The position numbers and the translations under genes are program-made. The notes below the pieces were generated by a model. The model did no database searches, had not been told where the DNA came from, and saw only the letters and a program-made list of their open reading frames with translations. A DNA stretch of 63,907 bases from Selaginella moellendorffii (taxonomy: Eukaryota; Plantae; Lycopodiophyta): NCBI RefSeq assembly GCF_000143415.4, contig NW_003314294.1, positions 811,546 through 875,452 on the forward strand. Reading direction: 5' to 3'. Below are positions 1 through 11,952 of the stretch, one piece after another. Within the stretch, counting starts at the first letter, position 1. Every line of letters begins with the position of its first letter.

Positions 1-580
1 TTGGTCTTGGCATGCCATTTCACGCTCAATGTGAAACCATTCTTCCCAGTTATATTCCCCTTCCTGATGTAGTGCCATTTGACGGCAAGTTTCAGCCACC
101 TTTGAGAGTTACAGATAAAACAATTGACGTAGCTTTCTGTTTCACAACCTCTTTTACCACCAATGTTCTCTCCTCCAAAACTCTACATTTTAGCTGCAAA
201 AACTTGTTTTTGATCCAGAGATTGTGGCACCCTCGTGCCACCAGACCGTATAATTCATAGAACTGGGAGAATTGCATGATCGCTCTAATAACCCGTTACT
301 CGGGTCAGCATGAGCATTCTAACCCACTGTTTGTCTTCTTGAGCTTCAATCTCGTTTACTATGTGTACCTTTAACTCACCACTCTTGTATGAATGCGTTC
401 AACCATTTCCTATAGGTTTTCTAAAGTATAATTGAAATTTTATAAATTAATTTTAACAAAAAGTAAAGTTAGAATCAATTTGAAGACATATTAAACCATA
501 TTAAAAATATATCAAATTCTTTATGAGCATCTAATATTAGTTTTTTGAAGAGTTATTCTATTTGATATTAAATAAAATAA
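1..580. repeat. Dispersed duplicate of 34678-35210 (decayed coding-like sequence, runs off the window edge)
   Basis: Near-identical text, e.g. GCATGCCATTTCAxGCTCAATGTGAAACCATTCTTCCCAGTTATATTCCC at both loci; ORFs 12..260 and 34649..35074 share MPFHAQCETILPSYIP. This copy has several small deletions. Confidence 0.9.
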
Positions 581-1757
581 TAAAGGTGGACTAAATAACT
601 TGAATATTTTTAGTTAGTGGTTTAACTCTTATAAACTTGGGTTTAATACTTTCTTAGGGCTAATTTACTTTTCTTTGATAATCAAAGACTATTTAACAAA
701 ACCTAATATAAGTTGAACTAAGGTTTGTTTGTCCTAATAAGGTTTGTGAATTTGTATAAGTATGGCCTCTAATAATCCTTAAGTATCACCTACTTAGGGT
801 TGAAAAAATTTAGTGAAGAAGAATATTCCATATCATCTTTGGGTATTCATTGAAATACTTCCTCTACCAAATAGAGAGAGAAAACGTTTTATATAGTATA
901 AATATAATGTATATACATATGTATATTTTATTTTTGTATGATAAATATGAAAGATCTCTATAAATGATTATGCCCTTGCATAAGAATCCAAGATCAGTTT
1001 TAAAACAATGAATTGTGACCGATATAACACCTAGCTAATAACTGAAAAAATTATTAAATAAAACTCATAAATAAATCTAGCTTGAATACAATACTATTAA
1101 AGGGTTGACCTTTTTGTGGGGTTTGATTTTTCCATCTCCCAAGCTTCACATCCCCAAAAGATTGATCTCCTGGTTTCTAGTATCAAACATGAAACATACT
1201 TTAACAAACAAGTTGGCAAGTAGAAATGAAAAATATATCAAACATTGGTAGCTTTTTGAAACAAGATATAATCTAATCATTAAAAATACAAATTTAATTT
1301 GATAATTAACAGAAATATACATTTAATTACTAATTTGATTACTGTTTTAATTGGAACTTGATGTTTTCTTTGTGTTAATTATTGAGTCACAAATCACTTA
1401 CAATTGTAGTATAATTCACTTCAGTTATGGAGAAGTATATATACTTTTGTTAAAAGAATTAAATGGAAAAAGAGATCTACATTATCACAGCAAGTTTGCA
1501 CTCCAGGTTTTCGAAATATTTCTGGTTTTAACTCCATTAAAATTGTGGTTGCAAAATAGATTTTTCTATTTTTTATGTCAGACTCAGATTTAACAACACT
1601 TTGTTACATAGTCATATATGCGATAGGCTCTCTAGAAGCACAAACACTATTTTTCACTCTAAAAGTACATACTCTTTTTAGATTTTGTAGAGCTTGACTC
1701 AAGAAGCACATACCCTGATTAAACAAGAATGTTGTTAGACAGAATTCAATGATTTTC

Positions 1758-2214
1758 TTACCTTGCAACACAGCAAGCACGAATTGTCTCAGAGAAAGTC
1801 GCAAAGTACATGAGCTGGATAGCAGTGGCAATGAACGCTCCACCTAGATGCAGAAGCTGGAATTCAACAATCCAACTAAAGATAATCCAGGTGACTGCGG
1901 AAAAAAAAGAGCACGCCGCAAAGAGCATGGAGGAAACATCTCGATCGAAGGGAAGCCTATAGATCATGCAAATAACAAATGGAGCAAAGGCAGCCACCAT
2001 GTGTAAACACTGGCAATCACCCACGCCTTCACTTTCTTGATGCGGCAAATGACACCCATGAAAGGATAGAAGGAACCAACCAATACTGCCATGCCCTTCA
2101 GGCACCATTCTCTTGAGCTCCACAACTCTTACATTGAACAAGTAGAGGAAGAAAACCATAGATAAAGCCATCAACACAATAGCAATCAGAGCCAAATCAT
2201 GAGTGTCCAAGACC
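1758..2214 (-). pseudogene. 3' part of a multi-TM membrane-protein gene interrupted by hAT copy A
   Basis: Hydrophobic 150-aa ORF starts exactly in the TSD. Removing the element joins it in frame to sequence beyond 6046 (MFLLSTLVFSLANAIAMV[*/Q]KWVLDTHDLALIAIV...). Family not recognised. Confidence 0.55.
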
Positions 2215-5200
2215 TAGTGTTTTATTTCGGCTGCCAATAAGCCATTTGAAATGGATTTTTGGCAGAGAAAATGTTAAGCTTTAATACAAATTAGTGTCAT
2301 CTAAAAAGTCTGTCATTGGTAGTGGCCGGGCCGACAATTTCCTTAAGCAGCTTAAAAATTAAAAAATAGCATATGCATACCAGCTTGATTATGAATAAAT
2401 AATGTCAATGTCAGGCAATTCATGAGAAATTTCAAGTGACACCAGTTGTTGCTTTGAACTGTTGGTACTAGGCTGGTCCAAATTAGTTAACAAACAGATT
2501 TTCCTTTTTCTGACTGCAACAACATTCGAATCTCCCTTATTTAGACATTTGCGCTTGAAAGGAGGAGGCATGGGAGATGTAGGTAAGCTCTCCACACCAG
2601 TTACTTGGTCCATGTTGTCCCCAAGGCCACTAATCTCACTGTTATTGCATAGTATTGCATACTATCAGCCTGGATAGAAGTAAACAAAGAAGCTTACCTC
2701 CCATTAGCTAACCTAAAATCAAAATCCTGGTCAAAGTCATCATCTTCATTTTCAGTGTCAACTTCTGCATAGGACCTAAAACTTGTGGTTGTGTGGCTTG
2801 TGCCATTGCCTCCTACAACTAGAGAGTTGTTCTCTTTTGGAATATCAAATTCTCCTCCAGTCCACATTGCAGAGCTGCAAGAAGTTTCAAATTCCTTCCT
2901 ATCCCAAATTCGATGGTTTTGGTAAATATGAACGAGCTTCTCAGCCCACTCTGGATGCAGTCTACACACAAGCAAGTGACACTAATGTCAGACAAGTTCT
3001 TCATGTTTATAAATGAACAAAGGGCTTACTTGTTTTGCTTTAGTATCAAGACATTGTTGTATGTACTAAAATTCCGCTCAGATGTAGAATTAGAAGTTGT
3101 CAAACCAAGAATATAGCACGCAAACCTTCAAAGAATTGCCCCCAAGTCACAGTTGAAGATGACTGTAGAGGCTCAAATATGCCAAGGTAAATCTCCATCC
3201 TTGCCTTTCTCAAGCAATTCTTGTGCATCATGGTTGTTTGCAATGGAAAAGGGGTTAGTTCCATTGACGTATGCAAAGTACTCTTGATTTAGATTGTGGG
3301 CATCTTCAGCATTTGGATAGAAATGATGTCGAATATAACTGAATGCTACTATTTCTTCCTGTCTGTTCCTATCCTCCTTGTAACGTATATTTACACACCA
3401 AGCTGCCCCAAACAAGTCACAAGATCTCATGTACTAATCCTCCCATTTCTGTAGAAAGTCTTCAAGCTGCTATTTGTCCTCTGCACTAAAACCTGTAACT
3501 GTTGCTGTCTTGAACTTAAATAAATGCCATGCTTGCCACACAAAGCCAATGGTTGAAGCTAAGTGATCAAAGAACTTGATTGCCATCACCACCAGCTCTA
3601 TCAACTGCATCACCTTCTCAACACCCGACCAGAAATTAAAATCCTCCACTGCCGTCATGGCTTGGTTAGCAATCTTTGTTGTTGTTGTAGGTTGACTTCG
3701 TAGCCAATCTTTAAATCCAGTATTCCTAAACAACCTTTGCAATGCTCCACGCTCTTCCCATAATCGCCTAAGCATGTAATAATAGGTTCCAAACCTGTGA
3801 AAGAAACAAAAAAAGTGTTAAAGTCAGTAATAGACAATTACACAACTCTAATACTCACCGAGTAGTGACAGGTTTGATGAGTTGCCGCTTAGGATGCTAA
3901 ACTTGATAAAAAGCACGCACACGAGTGAAGTTCTTCACAAATTGAACTATACACTTCCCTGTGTCCAGATATTGTTTGATGTTGTCCAAACTTGCCCAAG
4001 ACATTAGTACAAGGTTCAGAGCATGACATTGGCATGGAACACTCCACATATCTTCAAACTCAACTTCAAATTTGCATCCAACAAACCACATGTTAGCCGC
4101 ATTGTCCGTTACTATTGCTGATAATCCATGCTTCTTCTCTATATGCCACATTTGATCGTGTAATGTGTTTCCACTGCCAGGGATGTTGCTTATGGCTACA
4201 TTTGCATCATCAGTGAGTACCCGAGTGTTTATAGCCAAAACCACAATCTTCAATTTGCTATACAAGATATCAGCTGCATTGCAAAGTAAACAAGTTAATT
4301 GGACATTACATTAAAAAGCAACACATACCTAAAGATTCATAGCACTCAAATGAGCCACAAAAAAACTCTTCATGGTGTGCTGCATCAACAATCATAATAT
4401 TCTGAATATGCAACCCACTAACTATCTTCCAACTATCTGTTACCAAGCAAGACGGTCGTGGGCTGTACGCACCTATAGCTTTCTCAAGTTGTTGATCAAT
4501 GCGCTCAACCGTTTCATGGTATATCTCATCCAAGAAGTCTTCACGCAAAGCCTTTAGCGAAGGCAAAGGAAACATGGAACTGCATTGGGCATGTCTACCA
4601 ACTACTAGGTTGAACGCTCTGGCCTCGATATAAACTCTCAATGCATACTCCTTCTACCATGCCTTGAGTTCTTTAGGGGTCAACACCCTTCCTGTGACTC
4701 CTTTGAGAGCTACTGTTTCTTGCAAGATATGACTTGTTGAACTTGTCTAAGGCCATGTAGTAGACACTATTATATCAATCTGATTCCCAACTGCACATAA
4801 ACCACCCACAGAGATGCAGCCAATTGTAGCTCGAACCTACTGCCGCAACCGCTCTGCATCAAGTCGGTCTTCACCCTTCAAACATTCTATCCATTCCCAT
4901 GCTTTGTTATCATTACCACTCGAAAAGGCAAACATGTTCAATTTTGGCCTGCATTCAATACTCCCACTAACTTGAGGAGTTGATGTTGATCCTCCAACAC
5001 TGTAGGCATCTTCATCCAATTTCTATGACCCTGAAGCTCCTTGATTGCTAAACCGTGTCATTCTACCACTGCCATGTTATTCGAACTCCACAAGCTTGAT
5101 GTTGTACGTCTCAATATTGTTCCTTGTTATAGACACAAACTCCTCACTGAACTCTTGTATTGGCCTGCGACACAAACTTATGTCAGGAGTGCAGCAACCT

Positions 5201-6045
5201 ATGTCCTCCTTCTCCTTGTAGAAGCTGCAAAAATGCCTCCTAATCCCCGTAGGTCCAATTCCCTTCACGGGACCTTTGCATAAGACACACCTAACCACTG
5301 CCTCCCAACTAGCTTTGTCGGTGCTGAAACATTGAGGATTTGCTTCAGTGTTTTCCAAGTTCCTCTCCCTGAGTGCTAAAGGATCACAAAAGACGTATTT
5401 CCAAACCTTATCCGGAGGCCTCTAGGACTCGAAGGATGATGAGGGTTGGTCTCTTGCCCTTGGATCCCTCTCTAGTCTCCCTTGCAGCCTCACCCTATTC
5501 TCGCAGCAGCACTATCCTCAACACCTAGTCGAGGGTTTACCCCATAGAACACAACAACTTGATCATCTACAGCCAAAACAGACCCCTCTCCGATCATGGT
5601 GTCTCTTGAGGCTACACCCAAACTAGGCCCCTCTTCTATCACGGCTTCTCCCGAGTCTGCTCCTACAGATGGATTGATGGAGGCTCCTACCTTGTTCACC
5701 CTCCCACAGCACGGCTGCAGCCACGCTATGTTGCTGTAGTATTTCGCCCTTGCCGCCCTAACATCGAAACAAAAAAGGAAAGGATGGGAGAGAAATGGTG
5801 CTACTGGCCCTAAGGCTAAACCTTTTGTGTTGCTTCTCACCCAAGCTGAAAGAATTTAAAGAACCCGCAAGTTACTTGAATGAAAACCCTTGATCCATGT
5901 ATATCAGTAATAGCTCTGACAACTTGAATATGCGTCGAATCACTATTGAATCTTTTCTCTAGTGGGGTTAAAGGTTGAAGGTTATGCTTAATTAAATAGT
6001 CATAATTATTCAAAATGCCAAAAAGTAGCTTTGAATAAAACTTTG
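2215..6045 (-). mobile_element. hAT-superfamily DNA transposon, copy A (full length, decayed)
   Basis: Imperfect TIRs (TAGTGTTTTATT ... AATAAAACTTTG) and a perfect 8-bp TSD CCAAGACC at 2207-2214 and 6046-6053. An 8-bp TSD is diagnostic of hAT. Confidence 0.93.
2390..5840 (-). pseudogene. hAT transposase (BED-like Zn finger, DUF659 core, C-terminal dimerisation region), intron-containing, multiple stops
   Basis: Motifs VRCVLCKGPVKGIGPTGIRRHFC, CLVTDSWK, AIVTDNAANM, PCQCHALNLVL, PVTTR/FGTYYYMLRRL (split by a ~60-bp intron near 3796-3858) and TTSNSTSERNFSTY. Confidence 0.85.
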
Positions 6046-7236
6046 CCAAGACCCATTTTTACACCATGGCAATCGCGTTTGCAAGGGAGAACACTAGAGT
6101 AGATAGCAAAAACATGGGCTTTTGCTACTGCATGGCAAGAGGAGTAGCAGGAGCAGCAGCAGCAGAAGCAATAGGAGCAGCAGGAGGTGTAGCCTGCTCC
6201 TCTAGTTGTGGCTGCGGGATTTGGGCCATCGGTAGCTGGATAGGGCCTGCTGCCCATTGACTAAGCCTTTCTTAGATAACTCGAATAAAAGTAACCAAGT
6301 GTAGCTGTCCGGAGAATAGCCAATGGCACTAATACCCATTGCAAGAAGATCGTCCCAACACGGTCAACGAGTCCCAAGATCCATGGCTAGAGAACCTTAC
6401 CAATCCATGGCGAGAATGCCTGTGCTAGGGAGGAGGCAAGATTGAAACCTAAGGCTCCGACACTGAGCCAAAACCACCGAGACTTCGTGATCTTGTCATT
6501 GCTCAACCTGCCAAGATCAAGATTGTGTGCCGCCTCCTCTCGCTTCATGGCCAAAGATGTTGATAACTGCCACATGCTGTTGAGAGATGGAAATCAGGAA
6601 TGAATCCAATAGGAAGGAAGCAAAGAAGGGCAATAAAAATGCTGCCACCCTCATCCTTAGGGATTCCACAAACAAGCTCTCTTTAAGACAATGGAAGAAC
6701 TAAACCAACAAAAGCACACCCATCTCTTTTATGTGTGCTTTATCTTTATGGTCTCTTTTTTCCTTCTCTCACAACATCATGCTCTCAATCTCTCGATCAT
6801 GACAATCACTCTCTCCTTATCATGGCCTTGCTTACGATCTTTCTTTTCCTTATCTGGACGAGATTGGAAAGCTCTAGTGCTCAGCAATGGTTTCCAAAAT
6901 TGCAGCAAAAATCCTAGCAATAGTTAACAAAAACTGTAGTGGAAATACTGCAAAAATGCCGTAGCTTTTCTAGCTAAGCGCTCTTTGTGGTTCTCTTTTA
7001 CTTTACTCCTAGTTCTTGCAATGCCAGGGAAATCCAATCCTCAAAAAGTGCCATAGATTTGAAGGCTTTATTGTGAACTTTTCTTTGCTACGTATGTGAA
7101 GGATAACTTACTGTGAAGGAAAGGAAAGAGCAGTAGCTGCATCAAGAGCTGGTTTCACAGCAGCTCAAGACTTTGCTTGTTCTTCGGTGGAGTGAAGGTT
7201 TCTGTAACTTTGATTGATGTGCGTCACAAGAAAAAC
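6046..7236. repeat. Host spacer between two hAT insertions, copy 1 (contains 5' part of the interrupted gene)
   Basis: Colinear and highly similar to 10794-11952; bounded by TSD-A (CCAAGACC) on the left and a TSD-C variant (AGAAAAAC) on the right. Confidence 0.9.
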
Positions 7237-9433
7237 CAGTGTTTTATTTCGACTGCCAAAAAGCCATTTGAAATGGCTGTTTGGCTGAGAAAATGTTAAG
7301 CTTTTATACAAATTAGTGTCATCTGAAAAGTCTATCACCGATAGCAGCCGAGCCAACAATTTCCTTAAGCAGCCTAAAAATTAAAAAAACAGCATGTGCG
7401 TGCCAACTTGATTATGAATCAACAATGTTAATGTTAGGCAATTCATGAAAAATTTCAAGTGATGCCAGTTGTTGCTCTAAACTGCTAGTACTAGGCTGGT
7501 CCAAATCAGTTAACAAACGGATTTTCCTTTTTTTGACTACAGTGGCACTCAAATCTCCCTCATTTAGATGTTTGCGCTTGAAAGGAGGAGGCATAGGAGA
7601 TGCAAGTAAGGTCTCCACACCAATTATCTGGTCCATGTCGTCCCTAGGGCCACTAATCTCACTGTCATTGCATAGTATTGCATACTATCAGCCTGGATAG
7701 AAGTAAACAAAGAAGCTTACCTCCCATGAGCTAACTTAAGACCAGAATCCCGGTTGAAGTCATCATCTTCGTCTTCAGGCATGTGTCAACTTCCGCATAG
7801 GACTTGAAACCTATGGTTTTGTGGCTTGTGCCATTGCCTCCTACAACTAGAGAGTCGTTCTCTTTTGGAATATCAAATTCTCCTCCAATCCACGTTGTAG
7901 AGCTACGAGAAGTTTTAGATTCCTTCCTATCCCAAATTCAATGGTTTTGGTAAATATGAACGAGCTTCTCAGCCTGCTCTGGATGCAGTCTACATATAGA
8001 CAAGTGACATCAATGTCAGACAAGTTCTTCATGTTTATAAATGAACAAAGGCTTACTTGTTCTGCTTTTGTGTCAAGACGTTGTTGTATGTACTAAAATT
8101 CCACTCAGCTACAGAATTCAAAGTTGTCAAACCAAGAATATAGCACGCAAACCTCCAAAGCACTTCCCTTGAGTCACAGCTGAAGCTGACTGCAAAGGCC
8201 AAAACATGCCAAGGTGAATCTCCATCCTTGCCTTTCTCAAGCAATTCTTGTGCATCACGGCTGTTTGCAATGGAAAAGGGGCTAGTTCCATTGACATACG
8301 CAAAGTACTCTTGATTTAGATTGTGAGCATTTTTAGCATTTGGATAGAAACGATGTTGAACAGGACTGAATGCTGATGTTTCTTCCTATCTGTTCCTATC
8401 CTCCCTGTAACGCGGATTTACACACTAGGCTGCCCCAAACAAGTCACAGAATCTCATGTACTGATCCTTTTGTTTCTCTAGAAAGTCTTCAATATTGTTC
8501 CTTGTTATAGACACAAACTCCTCACTAAACTCTTGTATTGGCCTGCGACACAAACTTATGTCAGCAATGCAGCAACCTATGTCCTCCTCCTTGTAGAAGC
8601 TGCAAAGATGCCTCCTAATCCTCGTAGGTCCAATTCCCTTCACGGGAACTTGTATAAGACACATCTAACCACTGCCTCCCAACTAGCTTTGTCGGTGCTA
8701 AAACATTGAGGATCCACCTTGGTGTTTTCCAAGTTCCTCTCCCTGAGTGCTAAAGGATCACAGAAGACATATTTCCCAGACTGTATCCGAAGGCCTACCA
8801 AGTCTGCCTCTGGCACTCGAAGGATGATGAGGGTTGATCTCTTGCCCCTGGATCCCTCTCTTGTCTCCCTTGTAGCCTCGCCCTGTTCTCACAACAACAC
8901 TATCCTCAACACCTGGCCAAGGGTTTACCCCGTAGAACACAACAACTTGATCATCTATAGCCAAAGCAAGCCCCTTTCTGATCACGGCGTCTCCTGAGGC
9001 TACACCCAAACTAGGCCCCTCTCCTATCACGGCTTCTCCTGAGTTTGCTCCTGCAGATGGATTGATGGAGGCTCCTCCTTGTTCACCCTCCCACGGCACG
9101 GCTGCAGCCACACTGTACTGCTATAGTATTTCACCCTTGCCGCCCTGACATTGAAACAAAAAAGGAGAGGACGGGAGAGAAATGGTGCTACTGGCCCTAA
9201 AGCTAAACCTTTTGTGTTGCTTTTCACCCAAGCTAAAGGAATTCAAAGAACCCGCAAGTTTCTTGAATGAAAACCCTTGATCCATGTACGTCAGTAATAG
9301 CCCTGACAACCTGAACATGCGTTGAATCACCGTTAAATCTTTTCTCTAGTGGGGTTAAAGGTTCAAAGGTTATGCTTAATTAAACGTTCATAATTATTCA
9401 AAATGCCAAAAAGTAGCTTTGAATAAAACCTTA
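7237..9433 (-). mobile_element. hAT copy B, internally deleted and chimeric
   Basis: Left TIR CAGTGTTTTATT is preceded by AGAAAAAC; right TIR AATAAAACCTTA is followed by CCAAGACC, so the flanks do not match each other. About 1.65 kb of transposase core is missing at ~8490. Confidence 0.88.
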
Positions 9434-9567
9434 CCAAGACCCATTTCTGCACCATGGCATTCACATTCGCAAGGGAGAACACTAGAGTAGATAGCAAAAT
9501 CATGAGCTTTTGCTACTGCATAGCAGGAGCAGCAGTAGGAGGTGCAACCTGCTCCTCCAGCTGTAGC

Positions 9568-10793
9568 TCACGGCGTCTCCTGAGGCTACACCCAAATCAG
9601 GCCCCTTTCTTATCACGGCTTCTCTCGATTCTGCTCCTGTAGATGGATTGATGGAGGCTCCTACCTTGTTCACCCTCCCACGGCATGGCTGCAACCACAC
9701 TGTGCTGCTATAATATTTTTGACATCGAAACAAAAAAGGAGAGGATGGGAGAAAAATGGTGCTACTGGCCCTAATGCTAAACCTTTTGTGTTGCTTCTCA
9801 CCCAAGCTAAAGGAATTTAAAGAACCCACAAGTTGCTTGAATGAAAACCCTTGATCCATATACGTCAGGTAATAGCCCTAACAACCTGAATATGCGTCGA
9901 ATCGCCGTTGAATCTTTTTTCTAGTGGGGTTAAAGGTTCAAGGGTTATGCTTAATTAAACGGTTATAATTATTCAAAATGCCAAAAAGTAGCTTTGAATA
10001 AAACTCTGCCAACACCCATTTCTACACCATGGCAATCGCGTTTGCAAAGGAGAACACTAGAGTAGATAGCAAAACCATGGGCTTTTGCTACTGCGTGGCA
10101 AGAGGAGCAATAGGAGCAGCAGGAGGTGCAGCCTACTCCTCTAGCTACGGCTGCGGGATTTGGGCCGTTGGTAGCTAAATGGGGCCTGTTGCCCATCGAC
10201 TAACCCTTTCCTAGATAACTCAGATGAAATTAACCAAGTGCAATTGTCCAAAGAATATCCAATGGCACCAATACCCATTGCGAGAAGATCGTCCCAATGT
10301 GGTCTCATGGCCCCGCTCATGGTCTCTCTTTTTTATGGTGTCTCCCGAGGCTGCACCCAAACCAAGCCCCTCTCCGATCATGGCTTCTTCTGAGTCTGCT
10401 CCTACAGATGGATTGATGGAGGCTCCTACCTTGTTTGCCCTCCCATGGCCGCGACCGCGGCCATGCTATGCTACTGCAGTATATTGCTCTTGCTGCCCTG
10501 ACATTGAAACAAAAAGGAGAGAGTGAGAGGACAGGAGAGAAATGGTGCTACTAGCCCTAAGGTTAAACCTTTTGTGTTTTTTCTTACCTAAGTTGAAGGA
10601 ATTCAAAGAACTCACAAGTTGCTTGAATGAAAACCCTTGATCCATATACGTCAATAATAGTGCTGACAACCTGAATATGCGTCGAATCGCCGTTGAATCT
10701 TTTCTCTAGTGGGGTTAAAGGTTCAAGGGTTATGCTTAATTAAACAGTCATAATTATTCAAAATGCCAAAAAATAGCTTTGAATAAAACCCTA
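9568..10793 (-). repeat. Two extra partial copies of the hAT right end plus flanking host DNA (ends at 10008 and 10793)
   Basis: AATAAAACTCTG|CCAACACC at 10008 and AATAAAACCCTA|CCAAGACC at 10793, each preceded by ~440-460 bp of element terminal sequence. Confidence 0.85.
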
Positions 10794-11952
10794 CCAAGAC
10801 CCATTTCTGCACCATGGCAATCACATTCGCAATGGAGAACACTAGAGTAGATAGCAAAATTGTGGGCTTTTGCTACTACGTGGCAGGAGCAGCAGTAGGA
10901 GGTGCAGCCTGCTCCTCCAGTTGTGGCTGTGGGATTTGGGCTATCGGCAATTGGATGGGGCTTGCTGCCCATCGACTAACCCTTTCTTAGATAACTCGGA
11001 TGAAAGTAACCAAGTGCAGCTGTTTGGAGAATAGCCAATGGCACTAATACCCATTGCGAGAAGATCGTCCCAATGCGGTCAATGAGTCCCAAGATCCATG
11101 GCTAGAGAACCTTACCAATCCATGGCGAGACTGCCTGTGCTAGGGAGGAGGCAAGAGTGAAACCTAAGGCTCCGACACTGAGCCAAAACCGCCGAGACTC
11201 TGTGATCTTGTCATTGCTCAACCTGCCGAGATTGAGATTGTGTGCTGCCTCCTCTCGCTTCATGGCCAAAGACATCAATAACTGCCGCCTGCTGTTGAGA
11301 GATGGAAATCAGGAATGAATCCAGCAAGAAGGAAGCAAAGAAGAGCAACAACAATGCTGCCACCCTCATCCTTAGGGATTCCACAAACAAGCTCTCTTTA
11401 AGACAATGGAAGAACTAAACCAACAAAAGCATGCCTATCTCTTTTATATGTGCTTTGTCTCTATAGTCTTTTTTTTCCTTCTCTCGCAACATTATGCTCT
11501 CAATCTCTCGATCATGATGATCACTCTCTCCTTATCATGGCCCTGCTTACGGTCTTTCTTTTTCCTTATCTGGACGAGATTGGAAAGCTCTAGTGCTCAG
11601 CAATGGTTTCGAAAATTGCAGCAAAAATCCCAACAATAGTTAGCAAAAACTGCAGTGGAAATACTACAAAAATGCCGTAGTTTTTCTAGCTAAGCGCTCT
11701 TTGTGGTTCTCTTTTACTTTACTCCTAATTCCTGCAATGCCAGGGAAATCTAATCCTCAAAAAGTGCCACAGATTTGAAGGCTTCATCATGAACTTTTCT
11801 TTGCTACATATGTGAAGGATAACTTACTGTGAAGGAAAGGAAAGAGCAATAGCTGCATCAAGAGCTGGTTTTGCAGCAGCTCAAGAGTTTGCTTGTTCTT
11901 CGGTGGAGTGAAGGTTTCCATGACTTCAATTGATGTGTGTCACAAAAAAAAC
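10794..11952. repeat. Host spacer, copy 2
   Basis: Duplicate of 6046-7236 (e.g. ORFs MEELNQQKH at 6691 and 11406). Confidence 0.9.

Noticed and set aside
6006-6257. Cys-rich metallothionein-like ORF (CCSYCFCCCCSC)
   Set aside because: Alternative-frame reading of a GCT/CCT triplet tract; runs into the transposon TIR and is not conserved among the duplicates.
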